64,000 bases of DNA from Octopus vulgaris (Eukaryota), in the NCBI GenBank assembly GCA_951406725.2, contig OX597823.1:107446001-107510000 (forward strand), in the 5' to 3' direction. The translations under genes were made by a program, and so were the position numbers. Under the pieces are notes generated by a model that did not search any database, was not told where the DNA came from, and saw only the letters and a list, made by a program, of their open reading frames with translations. Of the stretch, positions 25,259 to 37,489 are shown piece after piece (the first letter of the stretch is position 1; the number at the start of each line of letters is the position of its first letter).

Positions 25259-26863
25259 CACACGCACGCGCGCACACACAAGCATACACACAAACACATA
25301 CACGCGCCTTTCATTTGTGGGTATGTATATCTATGTGTGCGCGAGTGCGTATTGGTGGGTGGGTGTGTCACTATTGAAGCCGCTCAGTCAACTTTGTGTA
25401 TATATTGGCTTAGTGGTACGAACGGAGTGCTTGGAAACTGTGAATAAGGTGCAAGTTTCGAGTACTTGGTAACTTTTTCTCCTCGTCTTCTAATAGTAAT
25501 TATCCAACTTTCTAGGCTTTTCTTACAGCTATACAACGTATTTAAAAACATTTTCCTTCAATAAATAATGTTTTTACATTACGTATACATTAATAGAATA
25601 AACTGTCAGTTTCCCAAATAGCGAATGAAAACATAAGAGAGAAAGTGAGAGACATTGCAAATGAAAATGGAATACTCCGCAGCGAATGCAATGAATATTT
25701 AAATTTGTGAAGAACTGAGCGCAGTGAATGCAATGAATATCTAAATTTACGAGAAATTGGAGTTACAAAATTTCAATAAATTTGAGAAATCGAAGTTATA
25801 GGAAATTTCTTAGAACATGAATTTATAAAAATATTTTCAGACGGTCAACCCTTTAATAATTGCTTTCTTTTAGTACTTTTAGTAATTGTTATATACCTGA
25901 TTAATAAGCAGCTTTCTCCATTATAGTATACATATGTATATATACATATATACACATACCGATATGTATCTTTATCTATCTATCGATATATATATATATA
26001 TCTGGCGTAACCGTGTTATTCTGGAATCTGATGATCCTATTTTCATCAATGTATGAATTTACAATTGTGTTGTATGAAGCTGAGCATACATATTAAAGCT
26101 AAAGCATATTTTCTTCCATACTGAAATTAATACTACTCGAAGAAGGTTTCGAAACAGCTCGTATGGTTACGTGCTTAAATGAATATATGTTCACACCTTG
26201 TGCCTGCTGACTTAATGTTTATATATACTCTTCATGAAATAATTTCATCGATCGGGTTTTTGAATGTTACAGGAATATATTAGCAAAGGTTTCATAAAAT
26301 TTTATCCTTTAGTAAAAAGTTATTCAATTTTAATTCACAAATCTTTATCAATTTTTGCGTGATATTAAAGGGACACTACTCTTATGTGAAATAATTTTAT
26401 AATAAATAGAATATGATTATTTGTGGCTTTGTCTCTATGATCAGTACTGAAGTCTGTAGTAAAGTTGTTCGGAAAAGGCAAATGCTACTTGTAATTATAT
26501 TCTATTGAATATTAATTTAATTTGATTTATTTAGGATAAAGTCATTATATTAAATTTGTATCCTCATTTTTTTTCATTATTTTAAAAATTCTTTAAATAT
26601 ATTCATTTGTAACTTTGTCTCTGAAGAGTACCGAAATTACAGTACGTACTTTATGTCCAAAAAAGGCAAAGTTGCAATGATTATCATCCATTTTTAATTT
26701 AATTTCTAAATGAAAATTAGTCAAATGATAAAATCAAAATTTTGTTTGAATTTTCTTGGAAATTTTTGAATTCAAAATGACCGCAAAAAATGGTAATTTT
26801 ATATATTTTTAATTAAAATTTTACTATTACTGCAATGCCTGTAAAAACACTGGACTATCCAAT

Positions 26864-27965
26864 AAAAAATGCGGACGCATAGTAACAATATTTTAAAGAA
26901 TTAAACCTGGAAAAGTAGAGGACAAGGAAAAAACTCATTAAAATTCGGGCTTAAAATATTGCTGCTAATATCTAAATTTAAATTTTTTTTAATTAATTTA
27001 TTTAGTACAAAAATAAAAAAGAAAAGTGAAATTAATTGAATTTTTAAAAAAAACATGAAAAAGTACCTAAGAGGTATTTATATCTTAAACCTTAGATTAC
27101 TTAATAAAAAACATATCTTTTTATAGGTTGTTGGGAAAATTTTATATAAGCATCTACATCAAGTGTATTTAGAAATATTGCAAATAGTTTTTATCTTAAA
27201 TGATCAAATTAAAAAGATACAAAAAATAATTTTTTGCATTATTAATGTTACTAAATAATGCAAATAATAAAAAGTATTAATTCAAACACACTCGCACTCA
27301 CATGTAAATATTCTAATAAAAAAATCAAGAATTTATAATTATATAATAAACTAAATTATAAAATTGTAAAAAAATTTTAAGTAAACTGAATTGACAATAG
27401 AATTTTTTTTAAATAAAAGTATATTTAATAATATACTGTAGAATTCAATTTCAAATTTTGAAATGGTAATAAATATTTTTTTTTAAAATTTAATTAATAT
27501 ACCGAAATACATATGATGAGGGTGTATGGTCTATTTTTTGTCATGCTAAATTATTTTTTTCAAATCATGGTTGAATAATACAAAAATATATAAATTTGAA
27601 ATACTTGAAATGGTACGAAATCAGGACGTAAAAATGTTTAGCATGCAAAAAAATAGACCATTCACCCGTACTCACATGTATTTCCTATACAATCTATTAA
27701 AAAAATATATGCTTTTTATTAAATAAGTAATCTAACTTTTAAGATAAAAATAGGCGCTTTTTCATATTTTTTAAAATTCAATTAATTTCACTTTTCCTTT
27801 TGTATTTTAATTTCATTTTTTGTACTAAATGAATTAATTAAAAAACTTAAAACTCTAATTTTAGCAGCAATATTTTAAGCTCTATATTTTAATGAGTTTT
27901 TTTTTTGTCCTCTACTTTTCCGGGTTTAATTCTTTAAAATATTGTTACTATGCGTCCGCATTTTT
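26864..27965. mobile_element. AT-rich foldback/MITE with ~200-bp terminal IRs and a nested internal IR
   Basis: aaaaatgcggacgcatagtaacaatatttt... / ...aaaatattgttactatgcgtccgcattttt. Inner IR at 27507-27550 / 27637-27682. Confidence 0.8.
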
Positions 27966-28597
27966 CATTTGCCAATATATATATATACATATATATGCAT
28001 ATATATAAAATTATTGCTATTTCGTCAGAGATATTTGTTGTTATAACAAAGAAGAACATTGAATGAATGGTGCAGGCATCAGAGCGGTGATGGGAAGCAA
28101 TGAGAATTAGTATAATGTAAGGGGAAGATAGTTAAATAGGAAAGGAGAACAAAAATGATAATTTGGAAGAGAAGGACTAATGTGAAGAGAAAGAAAGAAT
28201 GATAGAGAGAAAGTAATAGAAAGACTAAAGGAGGCGAAGACATTCGATAGAAAAAGGGTGAAGAGGATGTCCGAAATTAAGGAAAGGACAGACATAAAAA
28301 CATTAGTGTTTGTAATTGGGTCATCACACACGAAAATATTTGTATTGTTTTCATGTCCGACACTCTAAATATTGTGCTGAAATTTGATATAGACCACTTA
28401 CGCACATGGTCAACTTGAATCTTTAATATTTGGTCGTTTTTACTATCATGCATAGTGGGAGAATTGTATTGGAAAATAAATGAAAGATCAGCAGTAACTA
28501 TGTTATGAGAAGGTTGAGAAAGCTTTGGTGAGCTTGGATATGCAATATAGAGAAAATAATAAAATGAAGTAGAGTTATTTAAAACCAAATAAAATTG

Positions 28598-28922
28598 AAG
28601 GCCGAATGTAATTTTAAATTAAATTAAAAGAATTTTAAAAATTAAACCATTAAACAGATTAAGGATTAAAATCCAAACTGAAATTTGAAACTTATAAAAT
28701 TAAAATTAAAGTAATTAAAAGAATTTTTTTAAAATATGTATGAAAACTTAATAATATATTTTATCTAATTATAAATTTTTAATATATCTTTAAAAATTCA
28801 TTTAATTCTTTAATTTTAATTTTATTATTTTTAAATGTTAGTTTTAAATTTTAATCCTTAATCTGTCTAATGGTTCAACCTTTAAAATTTCTTTTAATTT
28901 TATTTAAATTATATTTAGCCTT
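28598..28922. repeat. Degenerate AT-rich inverted repeat
   Basis: aaccattaaacagattaaggattaaaat / attttaatccttaatctgtctaatggtt. Confidence 0.7.
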
Positions 28923-28929
28923 GTTATCT

Positions 28930-29930
28930 GACGGCGCTGCCATTCCTGTGGAGTTTATCTCGAATAGGTGGCTGTTCCCCGGGAGCACTGCCAGGCCGAG
29001 AACTTCCAGAAATGAACCATGGTAATCCCGAACTCGAAAGTCCTCAGATTAACCAATTTGCTCTCATCGACACCCAAGAACGTTGTAACTTTTGCCTGCT
29101 AATAATTCTCTACAGGACTTTTAGGGTAGAATATCAACCGAAATCGTTACTCTACTATGAGAGGGACTTCTAGATATTAGGCACCCAGTCTTGGCTTTTG
29201 CTTACTCAAGACTGCAGCCTCAAGGAAGAGACAATTTGTGGAGAGACATACTCCACAAAAGGTCTTTGAATCTCTGTAGGTGGTGCATTCTCAGTGCGTG
29301 TCTGCCCATCCGCAGCCTAGGCATAACCAAACTCCAAAGCAGAGAATACAAGTAACAGATGAACCGCCTATCTTGTAGAAAGCGTCTCTTCCAAAACAAA
29401 CTGAATAACAAACGCTCTTACCTGACCAGAAGATAGTTGGAACAGAAAGGACAACCAAACAGGAAACAGTAACAGAAGTGATGTAAGGATTCGCTACCTC
29501 TGCCGACCTTTCAGTTACAGCTACTTTTATGCCAATCTATAAGTTAGACTAACTGCTCTGTCAAGCACCACTTCCTAATTCCCGTCCACATGGACGTTAA
29601 GACCAAACCAGACACCGAACAGGTTAACTTGTTTGTCGGTTCAGCGTCCCATGAACACCGTTTGATGCCGTAGACCTACTTCTCCAGCTACCCAACTACA
29701 AGCCTACTAACTTGTCCACATTTTTTTCTTTCATCGTCTCGTATTCCTTATCAATAGTGATGACAACTTCCATTTCTTTGGCATCTGACATGACAGTAAC
29801 GTCGTTCGCATATGCAAATACGTTCTCTCGGGTTCCATTTCGAAAGGGATGCCCTTTAACTGTTCCAACTTCCGAAGCAGAGGGTAAAAGTCAGCACATA
29901 CAGGAGAGACAAGAGTGCGGTGCGACACGG
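28930..29930 (-). mobile_element. L1/Tx1-type LINE RT remnant
   Basis: LYVLT..PLLRKLEQLKGIP...VFAYANDVTV (degenerate YADD), and AEVANPYITSV. Confidence 0.6.
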
Positions 29931-30914
29931 TTCCGAGAGGTGGTCGTTTACTTTGAAAACCAAGCACAGAAAAAAATATATATAGTCACGGAATTCAACA
30001 TTTTTACATGATAAACTACCATGTACTATTGCTTCAATACTATAGCCATGACAGAAATGAATTTGCATAGGCTAAAACGAAAGTTCAGAGAAAAATATTT
30101 AGAAGACTAGAAAACTTAAGATGACAATGGCATTTCAAAAATGTTTATTGTTTAGCTCGAGAGCATTTTCTGTGGCTTTCATGCAGACGTTACCTACTGA
30201 ATTTCATAATTAAGATATAATTGAGGTATATTATTTTTATACGGTGGATCTCGGTATAGATAAAGCTTTAATTAATAGCAAGTAGAATATTTATTTAAAA
30301 AATACCTACGATAGAAAATGGCCAAGGTTGTCTGTCATCTTAGACTCACATATTCTTCATATCAAAGCAACACTTTGAATTTTCTCCTGTTTAAAAAGCT
30401 TTCTTCCTACGAACGAGATCTATAAGATATTTGTCTTATAAAATTTTAGAAATTCCGAAAAATATGAAGTAAAATATTTTTTTATAGATAAAACCATAAA
30501 TAACAGCGTGTACAATATTATTCACAAATCAATAAGAAAATTAAGGCTAAGACGTCTCAATGTAATATAGTTGATAGAACTTTTAATAATAATAATTTAA
30601 CATCTAAAAAAAATTTAAATACTCTTCGAATTTCAACTGATAATACGCTATCAATGATTCGTATTAAGGAAAACAGGAAAATAAATACTATATGGTATGA
30701 GGTTCCTTTTTGCTTGCAAGTAAAATCGCCTGTGTCGAGAATATTTTCTATTTCCCAACGAATAATTTTCCACCTCTGCTTAAATGCTATCAAATTTTTA
30801 ATGTCAAATGCTAAATTATCATACGCTACTATATCTCACTTCGCGTCTATTATAGCGACATCTAATCGCCGTAAGATAAATAATCAAAATATTGTTGCTG
30901 ACAATAATAATACA

Positions 30915-31050
30915 GGTTTCAAATTTTGGTAAAAAGCCCACAATTTTGGTGGGAGGGCGACGTCGATCACATCGATCTCAATGTTAAACTGGTACTTCTT
31001 TTATCGACCCAGAAAGGATGAAAGCAAAGTCGACCCTGGCGGAATTTGAT
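30915..31050 (-). mobile_element. SINE family 2 fragment
   Basis: actggtacttcttttatcgacccagaaaggatgaaagcaaagtcgacc...ggaatttga. Confidence 0.75.
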
Positions 31051-31249
31051 GCTAATAACACTTGTAAGAGGCTGAGGTGGGATTTTAACCCGAGTTCATA
31101 AACCTTCAACAGAAATGACTACCCAAAAAGATCCATGGGTTGGAAAGATGTCGCCTGAGTGATGCAAAGGTGTCATTCGCCAGGAGCAGGGAATCAGCAA
31201 CAAATGGTCGAGAGAGCACTGTTACAGCGTAAGCCTCTATGCAACAGCT

Positions 31250-31395
<146 letters not shown>

Positions 31396-31783
31396 TTATA
31401 ATAACGACGACGATGACAGTAATGACGATCATAATGAATAAAGATCTTAGCTGTTTACTAGACTACCCGTGACCCGTTGAGCCACCTGGAAAGTCTGAGT
31501 TTCCCAGCAATAGAGTTTTGCTTCGTGAGTTTTTCTTTTCTTTTCCAGGTTATTTCCCATGCTTTCAACGAATGCGATATCGAAATCGCGCGTAAACGGC
31601 TCCTTTCAATAGAAATGGAAAGATTTGGCTACTATTTCTTGCACGCCCTGCTACGACGTAACATGTATTTCGTGTCCTTTATCACAAATAGCTGATACGT
31701 TGTAGCAGGGTGTGCTAGAAATAGCAGCCAACTCTTTGAAGCTGAGATACGTTAAATGCACTCCAAAAAGATTTTGTAATGAT

Positions 31784-32376
31784 ATTCCCTTGGGGCGATC
31801 TTTCGCTTTGACTCTCAGAATTATCGCTTTGACTCTCAAAACTTGCTTTGACTCTCAGAACTGTCATCCGGATCAGCTGGTTTTGTTCGCTAATTTCTTT
31901 AAAACTTTTTTATTGATTTACTTTTGTTTTAAAGTGAAAGATATATGGACGTGTATATGAAATGGACGTGTGTGAGAGAGAGGGAGAGAGAGAGAGAGTG
32001 CTGCTTACACATACATGAGAACACACACATTCACTCACTATCTCATTCTTTCTCACACACACACACATGCACACGTACATACAAAAACGATGTACGCATA
32101 TGTATTGATGTATGTACGAACACATGACAACACACCCCTTCATTCACTATCTCTTTCTCTCCTTCACTCTCTTTTTCTCTCTCTCCTTTTCTCTCCCTCC
32201 CTTTATCTCTCTCTTTCACCCACACACTTCCATTTCATATACACGTACATACACCTTTCACTTTCTCCCCTCTTTCACTTTAAAACAAAAGTGAATAAAT
32301 AAAAATTTTTACGGAAATTAACGAACTCCGAACGACAGTTCTGAGAGTCAAAGCGAAAGTTTGATGCCAAGGGAAT
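31784..32376. mobile_element. MITE-like foldback element
   Basis: attcccttgg...ctttcgctttgactctcagaa / ttctgagagtcaaagcgaaag...ccaagggaat. Internal arms are also complementary. The left arm has three copies of gctttgactctca. Confidence 0.8.
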
Positions 32377-32899
32377 TATTGACTGAGGAGAGTTAGTGAG
32401 ATCGCGCGCTACTTTTGGATCAAGTATTTCTTAGAGGGCAAGTAGTCCAGCTTCACCGAGAGGAAAGCGCATTTTTATTTAAGAGCATAATTCTATTAAA
32501 GAACTTTTGCAATTAGTTTTGAATCAAGCTGAGTCACCAACGACGGAGTTTTGTTCTAGATATCTCATTGCGCGTTAGCCAAGGCAAATATCATTCATAT
32601 CTTTGTGATTTGTTCAGTTATTAAGATCAATATCTGATAATTTAGATACAGCTAAAACATCCTCTTTTATAAAGCAACTAAGGATACTTTTATATTCACT
32701 GGATACGAATGTATGCAACATATGCAATCGAAAGTGTTCCGACTAAAACTTGACATTAAGAGCATTTACTTTCTTTAATATATAATGCAAGAAGAGCAGC
32801 ATGTGCTTCGTCCCTTTGCTAATCATTATTTCATAGATCCTTTTTGCCCCGTCCACTTTTTCTACTTTAGCCTCTCACTGAAAATGAAGTACAAGGGCA

Positions 32900-34416
32900 T
32901 CCCACAGTTCTATTATAACGTTAATTACATTTTCATACGACAACCATCTAGTTTGTGAAAGCTTTGGAATCTTGTTTTCTTTTGTGCCAACAACACTTTG
33001 TATCATATTGAAGTCATTCAGATGTTTGCCACTTCGAGAAAAGTAAGAAGTTAAGTCCTTTAAAAAAGACTCGTCATACGAAAGTTACACGTTCACTGCA
33101 TGACTTGAACAAAGTGCAAACGAATGGCAAACATCCTATTGTAAATACAGTCGGAATATAGTTTCTCAATTTCTTTTGACACCCGCTCTTGTTACCCATC
33201 AATGTTCAGCAATTATCGCTGGCAAATCCAAGTATGTTGCTCGTAGATACATCTTCTTTTGCGAGCGTGGACTTGACAGCATCGTACAAACCCTGAGACG
33301 AACCATTTTCTACGACAATTGCATCCAAAAGAGCATCCTTGACATTAAGCGATTGTTCATAAAAAAAGGCAAACAACTATTGCTAAGATTTATGTCACTG
33401 AGATGTCCGTTCTCTCATCTATCAATACTGAAAACTTTTGTTTCTTGAGAATTTCCAAGATTTCATTTCGTTCATAATGTGCAATTCCGTCTTAAGTTGT
33501 TTTTTTTATCATTTGTTGATTTTTAGCTATTTCACTATTGGAAAAGGCCTTTTTACAAACTTCAGCTAAGTGATTTATATGGATGAAAGTTATGTGATGT
33601 TCGGCAACATAACCTATTAGTAGCAGGTCTGCCTTAGCTACTTTTTCATTTAATATATCAGCTGGCTTTTTTAACAATAAATGAATCTAATTTAATAGCA
33701 GATTTCGCACAATCAAAAGCTTTCTTGTGTTTGGCAGTGTTTTTGTGAGCTAACAGCATTGATTTGATTTGTTAGCATTTTTCAACACAACGTTGCAGCA
33801 AACGCAGTAGCAGGTGTCAGGATTTTTATCATATTGCCGTAAAGAATCTTTAAGCTCAGCATCCTCCAGCCACGACTTCTTGAAATTTTGGGTGTGCCAC
33901 TTCCTCTTTTGGGGCACACTATTGTCTGCCATTACATCGCAAAGGGTTACATAAAAGCACTCACTCAAAATGTTGTCAAACAAATTTTAAATCGCGAGTA
34001 ATAATCGAAGCGTAAACAGTCAAGTTGTCAACTGGAGCTGTCAGAATTTCAGACAAGTGTACAAGCGGCCACCAAAGCGTTGTAACTTGTAGTTGTCCGG
34101 TATGATACAAGTATAAATAAGTAATGAGGGCGTACGATCGATAATTACGTCACATACAATATTTGAATCGATAAATTCATTACGTGAAATTATTATGGAT
34201 GATATATAGAAAGTTTACTAAGTATTAGAAGAGGTGAAACTTTGGTACATATCGCATACAAGGAGTATGACCGTATTCTCTTTAAAAGATACGTTTGCAG
34301 CCAAAGCTAATTTAAAACCCCAGATTTAATGAAAATTTAGAAATTAAAACCCATAAACCCATCATTGCTCCTAAAACCCCCGATCTTGGTGGAAAAACCC
34401 ATCAGTGGCATCCCTG
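32900..34416 (-). mobile_element. hAT transposon, 5' part (TIR + Zn-finger + transposase remnant)
   Basis: Terminus CAGGGATGCCA with subterminal aaaaccc repeats. Translation QNFKKSWLED...CYCVCCNVVLKN and AEHHITF..INHLAEVCKKAFSNSEIAK. Confidence 0.8.
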
Positions 34417-35001
34417 CTCTATACTGTTTTCTTTCTCCATCCGTCTCTAATTCCCTTTTCCTCCCACTCCCTCTTTCACCGTTTTCTATCTGTCTCTCTC
34501 TCCCCTCTTTCTCATTTTCTCTCTCTCGTTACTCACATGCAACTATCGTCCATCTTTCCGTTCCTCATGTGACCATCTTTCTTTTCCTGCACGAACGTTC
34601 AAAGAACTTAACATTTTTTCTCCCTCTCTCCTATCATTTCTCTTTTCAAAGAAAATATTTCTCCCAGCGTTCACTATTTTCCTTTCGTTCTGGTCAAACG
34701 ACCCTCCATGTTTGTTTTCGTTCAGTTTCTTTGTATATCTCTACTGTCTTGTTTTTGTTCCCAGCTTTGACCCTCCATAAATCCTAAATTTTATTTTAGA
34801 ATTTATGGGAGTAACTGTCTTTGAAGACTCACATTGTCGTTGAATGCTCGAAATAAGGTATAGATAGACAGCCAACAACTGCTGAAGAGTCATTTCTCTG
34901 TGTTTACTTGTCTTGTTTTCCATGTTTTCTCTCGCTGTTTGCGTATTTAACTCGTTTGTGTACGTATTTCATGTTGTTTACACAGTTGGTGACGTCCTGA
35001 A

Positions 35002-35076
<75 letters not shown>

Positions 35077-35714
35077 GTATAAAAATTATATATAAAAATA
35101 CAAAATGGGACAAGAACGCAAAAAACACAAAGAGACGACACAAAAAACGGACGGGTCATTTGAAGCCTCTAATCTTCAGTCAGGAACCGGATCATCATAG
35201 CAAATTTCGGCTGATTAATATATATAATTTATTATTTAATTGAACGCCTCGCACCCATTTCCAAATCATCGAAGTATGCTGGTCAAGATTCCTCATACAT
35301 TGTATATTCCGAATTTGGTGCCCTCTAACTTCCAACTGTTTGGTCCCAACATGTACAGTCTTCTGGGTCAAGGATTTGATGATAAAGATGAGCTGAAAGA
35401 TGAGCTGTGGTGAAGTGAGTACAACAGTACACATCTGAGTTTTTTTCAAAGAGGATTCGAGGATTGAGGTCAACGATTGCTTCTGGTGGTGAATATTATG
35501 AGTAATACTTTTACGTACAGAAGAAGTTACTCTACCACCGCGTACAATTTGAACGACATATGCCAGTTAATAAAAAAATGTTAAGTTCACTTTTGTAAAA
35601 AAAATTAATGCAATCCTCTTATACATGCCCGCGTATTTGTATAAATGCATGTGTGCGTGTGTGTATGTATGTACATGAATCTGAGTAATTATGTGTGTGT
35701 GTGCGCGTGCGCTT

Positions 35715-35886
35715 CTATTTGTGCTGTGTCTGTCTCCCATCACCACTTGACAGCTGATGTTGATTTGTTTACGTCCCCAAAACTAACCGTTTGGCCTTTA
35801 GAACAAGTACTACGCTTCAAACTCAAATAATTTCTGGGGGCGATCTGCTCGACTAAACCCTTCAAGGCAGTGCCCCAGCATGGCCT
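35715..35886 (+). mobile_element. SINE 3' half
   Basis: gtttacgtcccc...ggggcgatctgctcgactaaacccttcaaggcagtgccccagcatggcc, as in 9880-10050 (minus). Confidence 0.7.
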
Positions 35887-35989
35887 TAAATACGTAAATA
35901 CCAGTTCGGGCATTTGTATAATACTCTACGCCTAAATTAGGTACTAGCTCTACCAGAATTTTCCTTGTTAGAGTATTTGTTCCATGGAT

Positions 35990-37425
35990 TAACGTTTTTT
36001 TTTTCAGTCTCTCCATGTATAGTTCATCTGTTGCACTGTTACAATCTCTTTAGTTGAGTGACGCTGGACTGCTTCAAGCCAACACTTTTTAGTTTGGCGC
36101 TATGGTGTGACCACAGCTGAGAGCAGTAGGCCAGGAATCTCAGAACAAAGTTCGTTCATAGGGTCAATATGACTTCTTGATGTCTCTTCTTGAAGGACCT
36201 TAATACCCATCCTGCCAGTTGTTTGCACTTTCTTGCTACATTGCCAACATTGCATGAGAGCATATGTAATGATGCATCATTACTCAAACTGATTTCTAAG
36301 TCTCTCATTGTCTGTGACTCTGGGATTGCCGTGCCTTCGGATCCTGTGCATTTGTAAGCTAATATCACAGTGCTTGAAATTTTCCAGCATTAAACTGCAT
36401 GTTTTTTTCAGCCCACTTGTATATTGCAATCAGGTCCCACTGTAAGCTTGCGGCATCGTCTGCGTCCTTTATTGACTGTGATAATTTTGTATCATCGGCA
36501 TAGCTAGTGACATTGATTGTTCAAGTGACGATGCGCATGTCTAAGAGAACTATTATAAACTGTAAGGGCCTCAAGACAGTTTCTTTGGGGACGCCACTCA
36601 GAATTTGTGTTTCATCAGAGACGGCACCATTGGCTGCCACTTGTCTGTCTTCTATCTCTTTGGAAGTTCTGCAGCTACTCTCCCAGCGTAGCAGCTATGT
36701 TAAGGTCACGCTGCATGTGACATATGCCATTATCTAACTTATGAAAGGCCTTTGCGTAGTCAAGACATATCACTTTGACGTTTGAATGGCCAAGCAGCTA
36801 TTTCAAAACCCAGTTATAGAGTAGTGTGAAGCAGCGTCTTCCTGAACAGAAACAATGCTGTGTATCGTTCTGTAAATCATTTTCTTCTCGGAACATTACC
36901 AGTTTCGTTCTGACGATTTGTTTCATGATTTTACTGATATATGATGTCAGAGAGATTGGTCTGTTGTTTTTAGCTTCTACTCTGTTCCCACCTTTGTGGA
37001 TAGCGCAGATAATACCTTCGTTTAGCTTTTTAGGAAGCTTACTACTTGCAAAGAAACTCTGGAAAAGTATCCAAAGTGGTTTTGCTGAAGTCTGCTTACA
37101 TGATTTCAGAAGAGTTGGGAACCATCGGTACCAGTTGCTGAGCTTACGTTTATTTCGTCTATGGCTGTTATTACATTTGCCTCTTCAATGTCGATACGAT
37201 CGATAATTGTCGCTTAGATGTAATATTGAAGAATTCAGCCGGTTATTTTAGCTGTTTGTGTTTCAAGGGGTGGGGAAGTGAAGTTTTAAATTGTTCTCTG
37301 AGCGCTTCACTCACACTTTTCTTGGAATAACATTCCTATTTTGTACTGTACAGTGGCTGTTTTCTCTGCAAATTTATAGAAACCTTTAGAGTTTGTTTTT
37401 ATGCTTTCCCCTGCTCTGTTCTCTT

Positions 37426-37489
<64 letters not shown>

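Noticed and set aside
26025-26170. CTGATGA ... GAAAcagctcgTA
   Set aside because: Stems I and II could not be paired convincingly.
35095-35220. pLTR-like segment with CTGAAGA and GAAA on the minus strand
   Set aside because: The boxes are in the wrong order, with no closing stems.
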